Assembly: GCA_025558095.1 (NCBI GenBank)
Contig: JAIVFI010000005.1
Coordinates: 744,001-808,000 of the forward strand
DNA: 64,000 nt
Reading direction: 5' to 3'
From: Hyaloraphidium curvatum SAG 235-1
Taxonomy: Eukaryota; Fungi; Monoblepharomycota
A program made the translations under genes and the position numbers. Positions 32,611 to 43,126 of the stretch are shown one piece after another (position 1 is the stretch's first letter; every line of letters begins with the position of its first letter). Below the pieces are notes generated by a model. It made no database searches and was not told the DNA's origin. It was given only the letters and a program-made list of their open reading frames with translations.

Positions 32611-33849
32611 TCAAGGTCCGCGGAGGATCCACTTGAGCATGGACGTGCGACGGCCCGCCAGCGTCCCCGCGTGGAGCTCTCCAAACACATCCGAAGTCCC
32701 ACACAACTGCTCCAGAAGCTGGTTGCCCCCCTCCGCGTGCTGCTTCTCCCAGAACGCCGCAGCCAGCCACCGGGCGAGCTCGTCGACCCTGCACGCGTCC
32801 CCCAGCTTGGCCGCCTCGGCCTGCGCTGCCTCCGACCCGCCCTCGGCAGCGAGCAGCACCGCCAGCGCGCCCTTGACCTGCTGCTCCAGCTGCCACTTGG
32901 ACAGCTGCAGCTTTGCCGAGCTCGCCATCTCCCTCGCCCGCAGCGCGACCCGCATCAGCACCGACACGTACTCCAGGTCCCCCTGCGCCCCACCCGCTCC
33001 GGGACCCAGCAGCCCGACGAAATGCCGCGCGAGGCAGCCCATCCCCGCCGGCGAACGGATCAGCATCCCTGCCTCGCTGTAGGCCCCGACGTCCTTGGAT
33101 ATGCGGTCGAAGAAGCCCCGCGTGCGGGCGACGTCGAGCGCTCCCAGCCGCGAGGAGTCGCTTATGAGCTCCGCGAGCTCGGCGTACGGGTCGTCGGGGG
33201 GGCGGAGGGCGGCGAGGAGGCGCTGCCGGAGGGAGCTCATCGCTGCCTCGTCGCCGGCGAGGAAGCGCGATCGGAGCTCCTGCGAGAGGCGGGCCCGGGA
33301 GGCGGGGGAGCTCCGCGCGATGAGCTCCAGCGCGCGAAAGGCGGAAGTGGTTGACTGGTCGACAGAGGGTTCCGCCGGGGCACCGTCCGAGTTCCCGTTT
33401 GCGTCCGACTGCAGACCTTCCCCTGCAATGTCCGTAGACGCCGTCTCGCCCTCCCAAAACTCTCTCTGGAACCCATCGAGCCAATACTTCAGCTCGGAAT
33501 CGAGCACCCCCTCGTCGTACCCGCACAGCTTTGCCCGCAGCAGCACCGGCAGCGCGCGCAGCAGCCCCCGACTGTCCGCGCACTGCGCCGCCAGCTCCCC
33601 CAGCAGCTCCGGCGGGCAACTTTCGGGATCGATCCGCCGCAGCGCACCCAGCAGGACGGCGCGCGGCTCGTCGAACCGGGCGTACGGGACCGACGCGGCG
33701 GCGAGCGTGGCGAGCGCGTCCTGGCCCGCGGTCTGCACGCGCCGGCGGAGGGCATCGCCCAGGGTTCGGAGGAGGTGGCTCTCGAAAAGCGCCTCCGGGA
33801 TGTCGTGCTCGTCGAGGAGCTCGGGAAGGGCGGGAATCGTGCGGCTCAT
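32611..33849 (-). CDS. NELFB: Negative elongation factor B (COBRA1)-like protein
   Basis: Aligns by eye to NELF-B: LPELLDEHDIPEALFESHLLRTLGDALRRRV ~ LPLLDLHGTPRLEFHQSVFDELRDKLLERV; LRSRFLAGDEAAMSSLRQRLLAAL..DDP ~ LRTLFLRTRNVHYCTLRAELLMSL..VDP; SEAGMLIRSP ~ GDLSMILCDP. Confidence 0.72.
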   Translation of the reverse strand: MSRTIPALPELLDEHDIPEALFESHLLRTLGDALRRRVQTAGQDALATLAAASVPYARFDEPRAVLLGALRRIDPESCPPELLGELAAQCADSRGLLRALPVLLRAKLCGYDEGVLDSELKYWLDGFQREFWEGETASTDIAGEGLQSDANGNSDGAPAEPSVDQSTTSAFRALELIARSSPASRARLSQELRSRFLAGDEAAMSSLRQRLLAALRPPDDPYAELAELISDSSRLGALDVARTRGFFDRISKDVGAYSEAGMLIRSPAGMGCLARHFVGLLGPGAGGAQGDLEYVSVLMRVALRAREMASSAKLQLSKWQLEQQVKGALAVLLAAEGGSEAAQAEAAKLGDACRVDELARWLAAAFWEKQHAEGGNQLLEQLCGTSDVFGELHAGTLAGRRTSMLKWILRGP

Positions 33850-34166
33850 CGCGGTGTTTTCGTCGCGTCGTCGTGTGCTCCGGTCGACTTCAGACGTGTC
33901 GACTCGTTGATCTGGCACGGACCTCGTCGATGTCCTCACTGTAAGCTGCAAACTCGGACAATCTGATCCCGGATCCCGTCCGATTCGACACCGACGGGGC
34001 ATCTTTTCGCCATAATCCCCGATCCACGCCTCCCGTCCCCATCCCCGTTGCTTCCGCCCTTCCTTCCCTTCCCCAACCCGAATTCCAGCCCGCACCCACC
34101 AGCACCGCACCCGTCCCAGCCTGGCACGGCAGCCCATCCGCGCCGAGCCCTCCGCCGGCACTCGGA

Positions 34167-35573
34167 TCACCCCGCCAGCCTGTTCTGCTCGATCATCCCC
34201 CTGACCCGAACAAACTCGGGCGACGTCGCGGGGACGTTCTGCGCCGCGAGGGCTTTCAGCGTCTGCCGACCCCAAGCCGTTAGCGAGCGCAAATCCGAGT
34301 AGGGCAACGGGCAACCCACGTCGGTGGCCTCTTTGATCTGCTGGCAACGCGCGAAGTCCATCTTGGCGATCGACGCCTGCAGCTGCGCATCCAGCTTCGG
34401 CACCGTAACATCCGCATACGACGCCGCGGTCTCGGCCGGCGCAACGGGTGCCCGCGGCGGGGGCGGCGGCGCGTTGACCCGCGACGGGGGCGGCGGCGGC
34501 CTGGGGGCGGCGGGAGCGGGCGCGGCGCCGCCAGCGGGGCCGTACGGGTACGCTCGCGGAGGGGGGAGGTCCGTGGGGAACCGCCATTTGCCCTCCGTGG
34601 GCCCGGGCATGGCGGGGCCCCGGTTGGGAGGGGGTCCGGGAGGCGGGGCGAACTGGTTCGCCGGGGCGGGAGGAGGGGGAGCGGGGGCGCGGGAGGGAGG
34701 TGGGGGCGCGGTGGCGACGGCTGCGGCAACGGCGACGCCGGCGACGGCGGCGGGGGCGGGGTTGCGGGTCGGCGGGGGCGGGGGTGGGCCGCGCCTGGTG
34801 ATCGCGGGGTCAGATTGCGACAAAAAAGGAGCTGATCGACAAAGAACTCACCTAGATGGAGGAGGCGGCGGAGGAGGACGCGGTCTGGATTCCGAGGACG
34901 CGTTTGCCGGGGGCGGCGGTGGAGGAACGGTCCGCGCGGGAGGCGGCGGCGGGGGGCCTGGACGAGATCGGGTGTCACAATCGAAATGCAACGACGAAAG
35001 CAAGCATTCCAAATCACCTGTTCTTGCGGGAGGAGGCGGCGGGACGGTGGTCCGCGGCGCGGTCGGGGGAGGCGGGGGAGGTGCGGTGGTGCGCGCCGCT
35101 GTGGGCGGCGGTGGCGGCCTGGGTGTTGCCGGCGTGCCCCCAGCCGAATCTGTCGCGAATCCGTGCGTCAGCAGCCGCGATGAGTGGTGCGAGCCGGGGT
35201 GATGCCCACCTCCGGCCGGCTTCAGGCCGGTCGACTTGAGCTTCGGCATGCCGCCAGCAAACAGCCCGCCGAGCCCCGGCGGCCCGGCCATCGGCGACGC
35301 GCCCGCCGAGCCGCCGCCGCCGCCGCCTCCGCTCGGTGGCGCCGCGGGCTTCGCGTCCTTTGTCGACACGATGGGCGCCGAGCGGTCGTTCGTCACGGTC
35401 TTTTTGAGCTTCGCGCCCTTCTGGATGTCGGCGAGCAGCGCGTTGGTGCCGCCCGCCGGCGCGGGGCGCTCGGCCGCGGGCGGCGGCGGCGGAGGCGGCG
35501 GGCCGCCGGAAGGCGGAGGCGGAGGTGCGGGCGGGCCGCCCGGCGGAGGCGGTGGGGGAGGTGGGGGCGGCAT
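34167..35573 (-). CDS. VRP1: Verprolin/WIP, a proline-rich WH2 actin regulator, multi-exon
   Basis: Poly-Pro start, WH2 NALLADIQKGAKLKKTVTNDRSAP, GLGGLFAGGMPKLKST, and WASP-binding EGKWRFPTDLPPPRAY. Confidence 0.92.
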
Positions 35574-36200
35574 TCCGCGCTCCGAATACGTTCCGGAAAG
35601 TGTTCTTTTAAGTGCTCCTCGCCGCTCAGCAGCCCATCATGGGCCGGGTCGGGTGGGGTGGAAACGCGTTGGCCGCAGCACGCGGACGCCGACGACGCGT
35701 CTTCGCGGTTCGACCCAGCACCGCTGCGCCCCAGTGGCATTCAACCCTCAAAAATTGGAAACGTGCAGCTTCAACTGCTTGAATGACCATTGAACGATGC
35801 GCGCCGCGGATTTGCCGAGGGTCGCGAAGGATCTGATCTCGCCGTCCCCCGCAGATCTCTTCGCGTCAGCGTCACGGCCATCCCGACGATCTATCTTTGA
35901 CGCAGTGCATCCGCCGGAATCAAAACTTGCCAGGAAATAAGCACGTCTCGGAGCAGCGCCTCCCTTGAACCCAGCCCTCCACGGCTCGAGTCCATCGCCA
36001 CTATCACCGCACAGCTACAACGTCCACGATTCGTGGCAGATGCAAACCGTGAAGGCTATGTCTGTCGCACCAGTGTCCGATTCATCAAGAAACACCCCTC
36101 TAGCGTACTCTCTTTGTATCCCGGCCGCAAGTGGACCCGCTTTGCACCCGCTGGGTTGCCACAAGATCCCTCATCGGTCCCTCTCTAACGTCATCCCACG

Positions 36201-37326
36201 ATGCGGACCCGCCCCGCGTGGAGCTTGGCTGCCTTGGCCATCGCCCTCATCGCCCTCCCATTCCCGACGACCGCCACGTAAGCTGGGACCACTCCGCCCC
36301 ATCCGCGCCGTTCCAACGCTCGTCCCCCAAACCAGGCCTGCCCCCATCTGCACCGCCCCGCGGGGCGGCCCGTCCCTGGGCGGCTCCCCCTGGAAATGCG
36401 TGCAGGGCGCCGGCGACGCATGGGTGCCGGTGAAGGTGACCGCCGGCGGGGACGGCGCGTGCATGTCGTTCGATTCGGGCAAGGAGTGCGTGTGGACCGA
36501 CAAGGAGTGCTGCGCGGGATACGCGGCCTCGGCCGACGAAACAACGCCGTACTTTGAGTGGGTCGCGGGATGTTGCCTGCGGGCCGGCTGCCGCGGGGAT
36601 TTACCGGGAGACATCCCTGCTGACAGGTGCGGCGAGCGATACGCGGCCGCGTACGGTGGAGACGACGGCTACGGCGAGCCTTCGAGCTTCTGCAACAAGG
36701 CGTTCGATGCGTTGGGCAGCAGTTCGGGTGAGTGTAGTCGTACCGCGCAGATTTCCACTGCGTCTAATTGTTCGGTTTCCTTTCAGTCACAGCTCAAGAT
36801 GCGGGAAGCCCGCCGGGTCTCGACTGTGAAAGGCAGTGCCTCATCAGCCGAATTGAGCAGGCCAACATCTGTATCAGAACCCATTCACGCAAGTTCTGCG
36901 AGAGGGAGGGGGACAGACTTTACCAAGAGTGCATCTCCAAATGTGGGCACTGGATATTGCTCAATGTTTTTTGACACTGATTGTCCGCGACATACTTGGG
37001 GATTGGGCGCCTGGTACACCGCCAATGACATAGGCCCTCTCACTACCGGTGCGCCGCCCACGGATGCGCCGCCCACGGATACAGCGTCGCCAAGCGACGA
37101 TACCCAAGACCCATGTCGCGTGTGCAGGGACCTCGCGACCTGCAAGGAAGGGGAAGGGATTGATTTGGCCAAGTGCGATAAATCGACCGGCACCGTGCAC
37201 GATGTCTGCGTAGCCACTGCCAAGGCTAGGTACGGAAATTGCGTTGTAGGTTGCGTGGCCCAGTGCGGATCTTTGCTTCTTCCGGAGGAGAATTGCCTGG
37301 GCAAATATGTACTTGTCTTGGCCTGA
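36201..37326 (+). CDS. Secreted cysteine-rich protein, multi-exon
   Basis: Signal peptide MRTRPAWSLAALAIALIALPFPTTA; Cys-rich domain WKC...VPVKVTAGGDGACMSFDSGKECVW...CGERY...GY..PSSFC followed by further Cys-rich helical modules. The 3' exon structure is uncertain. Confidence 0.7.
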
Positions 37327-37530
37327 TTCGTGCAATAGATTGGTGCCATGATGGACGGTCACTGTATGTTTATGAAGAGCGTTCGCCGTCAGCTCGCAGC
37401 CACCAGCCAGAAGATGTATCAAAGACACAGCGGCATCAAGGCAGAATCAACTCTCTGCATGGTCTTGAAGCACCTCCTCCCCTGAAACCAGCCCGCCATG
37501 ATTCGAGTTCAAGGCCACGTCACCACACAG

Positions 37531-38064
37531 CTACAGTGTCCACGAATCGTGGCAGATCCAATCGCCGTTGTCCATCTGCTCGTAGAGCCGCACCTCCCAC
37601 GCGACCTTGGAGCGCGGATCGACCATCAGACGCGCCAGCGCAGCGAGGCGCTGCCCCTGGTCCCTCCGGAACCCGTACGCCAGGCTGACGTGGAGGTTCC
37701 CCTTGAGCCGCAGTGCCTCCCTGCGCGTCGGCGAGCGTGCGCGACGGGCAAAGTCCGCGGTCACGGCTTCGAGCCACGGCGCGTCGACCAGCAAGCCGTG
37801 GAAGCGTTCGCCGAGCTCCATCCTCGCGATCGACAGCGGCGGGTCCGGGCGGGAGGGGCGTGCCGCGTCGAGCGCGTCCGTGAGCGCTTTGGTGTAGATC
37901 GGTACCGATTCGGGCGCGTCTTCGAAGAAGCCGGTCAGAGTGACGTGGGGCGGGTACGCGTGCGCCTCGTTGCGCCCGACGGAGGAGAGCGAGCACGCAA
38001 AGTACGCGTCCAGCTGGTCGGCCAGCGGGCCTGTGGGGCACGCGTAAACGATGTAGCGCGGCAT
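37531..38064 (-). CDS. 2H phosphoesterase superfamily protein (UBASH3-2H/cyanobacterial-like), intronless
   Basis: Two HxT/S motifs, AHAYPPHVTLTGFF and LHVSLAYGF; N-terminal YIVYACPTGPL. Confidence 0.85.
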   Translation of the reverse strand: MPRYIVYACPTGPLADQLDAYFACSLSSVGRNEAHAYPPHVTLTGFFEDAPESVPIYTKALTDALDAARPSRPDPPLSIARMELGERFHGLLVDAPWLEAVTADFARRARSPTRREALRLKGNLHVSLAYGFRRDQGQRLAALARLMVDPRSKVAWEVRLYEQMDNGDWICHDSWTL

Positions 38065-38161
38065 TCCCGCTGCGGCTCCGGTCGTCGTTGCGTTGGCGCG
38101 ACCAGTGATCGCGTGGAATCGCGCGATTGTCTCCCACGTCCGCAATTTCGATTGCCCGCCA

Positions 38162-39031
38162 ATGGCCGACCCGCTGAAACACATCGCGGGCGTCGATCAC
38201 GTCGTCGTCGCGGTCCGCGCGCTCGACGCCGCGGCGGCGGCCTGGCGCGCGCTGGGCTTCACGCTCTCTCCCCGCGGCGAGCACCCGCCGCAGCTCGGCA
38301 CCGCGAACCACACGCTGATGCTCTCCGACGGCGACTACATCGAGCTGCTCGCGCCCGTCATCGACACGGACTTCAACGCCGCGATGCGCGCGTTCCTCGC
38401 GCGGGGCGAGGGGATCGACCGCGTCGCGTTCAAGACCGACGACGCGGCGGCGGGCGTCGCGGAGCTCAAGGCTCGCGGGATCGACGCCGCCGGGCCGATC
38501 AACTTTGCCCGGCCGGTCGATCTCCCCGAGGCCGATGGCGGCGGGTCGGCCGAGGCCGCGTTCAATGTTCTTCTGTATCCGCCATCGGCGCGGCCCGCAG
38601 GCCTGGGCCTTTTCGCCTGCCAGCAGCTCACGCCCGACACGGTGTGGATCAAATCTCTGTGCCGCCACGCGAACGGGGCGCGCGGGCTCGTGCGGGTCGA
38701 GATCCTGGCCGGGGACCCGCGGGCGGCGGCCGCGGAGGCGTCGAGGCTGTTGGGTCGGCCCGTGAAGGAGGAGGCTGACGGGGCATTCGAGATTGCCACC
38801 GCACCGGGACTCGCATCGCTCGTCTTTCTCTCCCTTTCTGCGTTCAAGGCGCGTCACAAGGGGCTCGTCTCGGACGCGGATGCGGAGAAGCTGCCAAACG
38901 AGGGCGCGGCGGGCCTCGTGGTCCGTACCGAAGACCTCGGCGCAGCAAGGAAGTGCCTCGGAGTTAGCGACGGGGCAAATGAGGTCGGCAAGTGGGCTAC
39001 GGGGTTGCTAGTCGTGTTCGTCACGGCGTGA
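38162..39031 (+). CDS. VOC/Glyoxalase_3 family protein, intronless, bacterial-type
   Basis: GVDHVVVAVRALDAAAAAWRALGFTLSPRGEH..GTANHTLML...YIELL, FLARGEG and HANGARG motifs. Confidence 0.9.
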   Translation: MADPLKHIAGVDHVVVAVRALDAAAAAWRALGFTLSPRGEHPPQLGTANHTLMLSDGDYIELLAPVIDTDFNAAMRAFLARGEGIDRVAFKTDDAAAGVAELKARGIDAAGPINFARPVDLPEADGGGSAEAAFNVLLYPPSARPAGLGLFACQQLTPDTVWIKSLCRHANGARGLVRVEILAGDPRAAAAEASRLLGRPVKEEADGAFEIATAPGLASLVFLSLSAFKARHKGLVSDADAEKLPNEGAAGLVVRTEDLGAARKCLGVSDGANEVGKWATGLLVVFVTA

Positions 39032-39100
39032 TAGAGGGCGGTGGATGCTGCTACTTTTTTCTCAAACGATCACATTACAATTCCGTCCTTTGACGAGCGT

Positions 39101-40594
39101 TCACGACGGACACGCAATCTCGAGCGTGAGCACCACGCCCGATGATCTGAGGACCGACCACAGGCCCACTGCCACGGTGAACACGGCGATCAGGATCGCC
39201 CTCGCGGACCCCCAATCCGCCTCGATCCCCAGCACCTTTGCCCTGGCCTGATCCGCGGCGTACTTTTCCAAAAGCTCCGCATGCCACGCCAGGCTCTTCG
39301 CCGCCCGGGTGCCCGAGAGCCCGTCGGCGGTGGCGCGCGCGAGGAGCGCTGTGGCTTCGCGGGAGGCGCGGCGCAGGACAGTCGAGGTGCCCGAGACCTG
39401 GGCGTTGGCGGCGGCGACGGCGAGCAGTTCGCGGGCAAAGAAGTAGAGGAAGTAGAGGAGCGGGGTGAGCCAGCAGGCGGGGATGCAAGATCCGGCGACG
39501 ACGTTGGCGATGGCACCGGCAACGGGGAGCACGACGAAGCCGACAAAGAGCGCCCAGGAGACGCCGAGCACGGCGAATCGGTTGGTGCGGTAGGCGGCAA
39601 GGCGGTCGCAGAGGTCCTGGTAGGGCTCCGTGATCCGCAGTGCGGCTTCCGCGGCCTCGCGGTCGCGATCGGCGTCCCAGAGCGCTGCAAAGTGGCGCCT
39701 CAGCATGTCCGCCACTGCGTCCGAAACGGCCCTCACGTGGAGGCGCCGCGAGAGCTCCAGGGTGGGCAGCGAGGCAGAGACCAGAAGCAGGCTGGAAAAG
39801 ACCAGCATTATTGCGAACGAGACCGCGAGCAGGGACGCAAAAGTGGCGGGGACCGGCGTGGTCCAGGTGAAGGAGCGCAGGGTGATGAATTGGGTGTAGA
39901 TGCCGAAGAGAAGGTGCACGCCCATCAGCGCAAATCTGGCGAGGACGTCCAATAGACGGAGCAGGCCGGAGCGTCGAGGGAGGCCACCCGCGCAGGCTGG
40001 CTTGCCGCAGGGGCACGCCTCGTCACCGTCCACGTGACGGACCAACGGGTGCTCGGGCGCCTTCCCGGTCTCCACGTTCACAGCTTCCGCAGCAGCATTC
40101 TGATCTGGAGAGAAGTTCACGAGCCGCGCCCACCGCGCCAGCACGGCGTGCGGGTGGCCGCTGAAGTCATACTGCTTCGATCGAAAGTACCTGCCGCGGC
40201 CGGTGAGGCCCGAAACGGCACCCCACACATGCCAGGCGATGTAGATGGCCAGAAAAGCCACGGCAACGGCAAACTGCGTGGGCCCGAACAGTGGGATGCC
40301 GGAGCGGGGGATATATGCCGTGACGATGGCCCAGCTCGCGCCAAAGGTGACCATGCACGCCGCGAAGACGCCCCCGGTGTACAGCGGCGACAGCCTCAGT
40401 TGCAGACCGACGAGAACGCGCAATAGCGGCGACCCGAGGCCGCGGAGAAGCGCCGTCCTGTCCAGCCGAGGGGCCGCGTTGGCATCCTCGACTCGGCGCG
40501 CGCCCGCGTCCGGCAGCGTGAACAGGTGCGGTGGGACCGGCGGCGAGGCGGGAAACAGCGCGAGGCGCTCGTCGGCGTCGAAAATCGCGTCCAT
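39101..40594 (-). CDS. Multi-pass membrane protein, lineage-expanded 7TM family (copy 1)
   Basis: About 7 hydrophobic segments, loop motif HVDGDEACPCGKPACAG, C-terminal KVLGIEADWGSARAILIAVFTVAVGLWSVLRSSG...CP shared with the paralogs at 50012 and 60526. Confidence 0.85.
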   Translation of the reverse strand: MDAIFDADERLALFPASPPVPPHLFTLPDAGARRVEDANAAPRLDRTALLRGLGSPLLRVLVGLQLRLSPLYTGGVFAACMVTFGASWAIVTAYIPRSGIPLFGPTQFAVAVAFLAIYIAWHVWGAVSGLTGRGRYFRSKQYDFSGHPHAVLARWARLVNFSPDQNAAAEAVNVETGKAPEHPLVRHVDGDEACPCGKPACAGGLPRRSGLLRLLDVLARFALMGVHLLFGIYTQFITLRSFTWTTPVPATFASLLAVSFAIMLVFSSLLLVSASLPTLELSRRLHVRAVSDAVADMLRRHFAALWDADRDREAAEAALRITEPYQDLCDRLAAYRTNRFAVLGVSWALFVGFVVLPVAGAIANVVAGSCIPACWLTPLLYFLYFFARELLAVAAANAQVSGTSTVLRRASREATALLARATADGLSGTRAAKSLAWHAELLEKYAADQARAKVLGIEADWGSARAILIAVFTVAVGLWSVLRSSGVVLTLEIACPS

Positions 40595-40686
40595 TGGAGC
40601 TCGTTCTTCGGGATCCTGGAAGCTTCTAGTGGGCGGAAGTTTGCGATCCCTCTGCTGCTAAAACCGCCGCCGCAACTCGTCGACCG

Positions 40687-42702
40687 TCACAGAGCTGTGG
40701 AGCGCGAATTTTTGAGCTTCTCGACCGAGCTGTAAACGACGGCAATGTCCTGTTTGCGGGGTATCAGCGGATGCACGTCGGCTTCACCCTGCGCCTGTAC
40801 CAACGTGGCTTCCCTGGCTGCCGGGCAGGAATCCGACGATCTCGTCCATGCTGGTGTCCACGATGATGGTGCCGCTCTCGTAGCGCTGGAAGCCGCCGAC
40901 GGCGATGAGGAGGTACCTCCCGTCGTCGGTCATGCCCATGCTCTGCGTGTCGTGCACCACATAGCGGATCTCCTTGACGATCCTGAGCCTGGTGAGGTCG
41001 ACCACGGCAATCGAGGAGCGGGATTCCTTGGTCGACGGGTCTGCGTCCCCGTGGATGGGGTTGAGCACGGCGATGTAGACCTTGTTGGGGTAGATGGGGT
41101 GGAACGTCATGTGGAAGGGCGACGGGTACATGCCCTTCCACAGCGGGTCGCGGATCACGCCCAGGCGCTTCCACTTCTTGGGGTCGGGGTCCGACGAGTC
41201 GTAGACCGAGATGCCGTTGAGCTTGACGTTGGCCATGTTGAGGAAGAAGTGGCCGTCGGGCGAGAAGCCGAGCTCGTGGCTGGGCGTATCGACGCGGTAC
41301 AGCTCGATCTCCCAAGTGTCGTCGCCGACCTTTTGCACGGGGCGGTGCTCGAGGGTGTCCTCGTTGAAGGAGATGTACAGGTAGGGCTCCGCCGCATCGC
41401 TGGTCATGTCGTGGACCACGGCACCGCCGAGCATGCGCAGGATCTCGGCGGCCCACTTGCCCGTCGGGTGCCAAACAAAGCCGTCCGCGGCCACGAGCGA
41501 CTCCTTCTGGGGTCCGGGGATCAGGCCCTGCTCGATCTGGCCCTCGGCCATGGGCACCAGTTCCACGGTGATCTTGTTGCCCTTGGTGCCGAGGAGGTCG
41601 TACTTGCCCGTCTTGGGGTCCGGCCTGAGCTTGGTGATGCGAACGTTGCCGCCCTTGGCCTGGATGAGGATTGCCATAATGTCAAATTGTGAAGTGCTTG
41701 GGACTCGCGACTAACGACCTACGCACCCAGCAGTTTTTGAGCGACTTGCAGTTGTTTCCGATCCAATCATAGCGGAAGGACGCCTTGACTGTGCCGCTGT
41801 CCTTGTCGATCCATGCATTGACGTCCTTCTGGCCGTCGGAAACCGTGAACGACTTAGCGTCGTCGGGTTTGACGCAGACGTGCACGCCGAGGCCGAGTCC
41901 CGAGATGTCGCTGTAGTTCTTTGCGATAGACAGGCTGTTGCCGTCGAAATGCAGCAGGTAGAAGTTTGTGGCCTGCGGGATCGTGTCGGCGGTCCACTTG
42001 GTCGGGATGTTGTAGAGCAGCGTGTTGGCGCCGCCCTGGCACGAGTTGATCACGTCGAAGCCCTTGCGCGGGTTGGCCGACGGGAACGCCTGGATGTGGT
42101 GGGCGATGCAGTTTTCGTCTCCCCTGTGTTGGGGGAGTGCGGAAGTTAGAGGCTGGCCTCCGGATCGGACGGCAGCTGACCGACCAGTTCGAGTACCACA
42201 GCGACGCGAGAGTGAGGCCGCGCTTGAGATCGAGAACGTTGACGCCGAGGCCGAGTTTCGTGGGATAGACGACGAGCTGGTCGCCGAGGTCGAACCCATT
42301 CAACTTCATGGTGTAGTTGTCCCAGTTCCAGTCGTATCGCGGGATGTCATCGCCGTACTGCACCTGCAACGTTGTGCAACGTGTTTCAGGACTAGTTTGG
42401 CGATAGGTCAGCGCATGCGCCGGCCTCACCTCGGAACGGAACGCGGTCACGTCAACCACGCCGTCCGCGGGGGAACGCGTCTGCGGCGCCGAGGGCGAGC
42501 CGCGGCCGACCAACAGCAGTGCGAGATTGACAAATCCGAGAGCGGTCGACACCACGAGCAGGCCGAGGAGCAGCGCAGAGCGGTCAATGCGGCGGTTCAG
42601 GACCAGGGATTCGCCGGCGAGAGTGCGGCCAGACGCGCCGGACTCGTCCGAAACGCGCGAGAGCGGGTCGTCCTTGCCGAAAAGCGGTACGAAGTCGGCC
42701 AT
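40687..42702 (-). CDS. tcdh: Thiocyanate dehydrogenase (TcDH)-like copper beta-propeller with an N-terminal TM anchor; introns 42364-42429, 42124-42184, 41660-41726 and 40750-40804
   Basis: The spliced protein contains PTKLG, NWGDENCIAHHIQAFPSANP, SCQGG, SGLGLGVHV, DGQKD, GTKGNKITVELVP, VAADG, SHELGFSPDG, YPSPFHM, GFQRYESG and GFLPGSQGSHDIAVV...SRST, collinear with my recollection of Thioalkalivibrio TcDH. Confidence 0.88.
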
Positions 42703-43126
42703 GGCGGCAGATCCGGACCTGAAAACGCGCCGAGGGCGGTCCCGGAGCTTGGGGTGCCAATACTCAGGGGCCCTGTGTCCCTGCGTCCGGAGCGTCCGAA
42801 GCTCCGGATACGGGCGGCCCAGCCGCCAAGCACCGGACGTCATTGGATTCGAAACGCACACAGTGGTGCTTTCGGCAGCCACATGCGAACATACATGAAT
42901 CTCCGTCTTTGAGGCATTTGGGATCGAAACCCTGTTGTTCTGATCTTCCGCAAGACGGCCTGCACAGGCCCGCCCTACAGAGCTAGAAGACGGGCAAAGG
43001 CCTGGAAGCTCCGCCGACAACAGTTCAACAGTGCTGCTGCTCAAACGTCTTTCCAATGTCACAGTATCATTGACAACCCTGCCCTTGACTGCGCGAGCTC
43101 CAGCTGCTGCTCAACCTCCAAGTCGC

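Noticed and set aside
34440-35573. G-rich/GGC tandem tracts as a repeat element
   Set aside because: They are explained by poly-proline codons of verprolin on the minus strand.
40687-42702. Nitrous oxide reductase (NosZ) identity for the His-rich propeller
   Set aside because: There is no C-terminal CuA cupredoxin domain, and the motifs match TcDH much more specifically.
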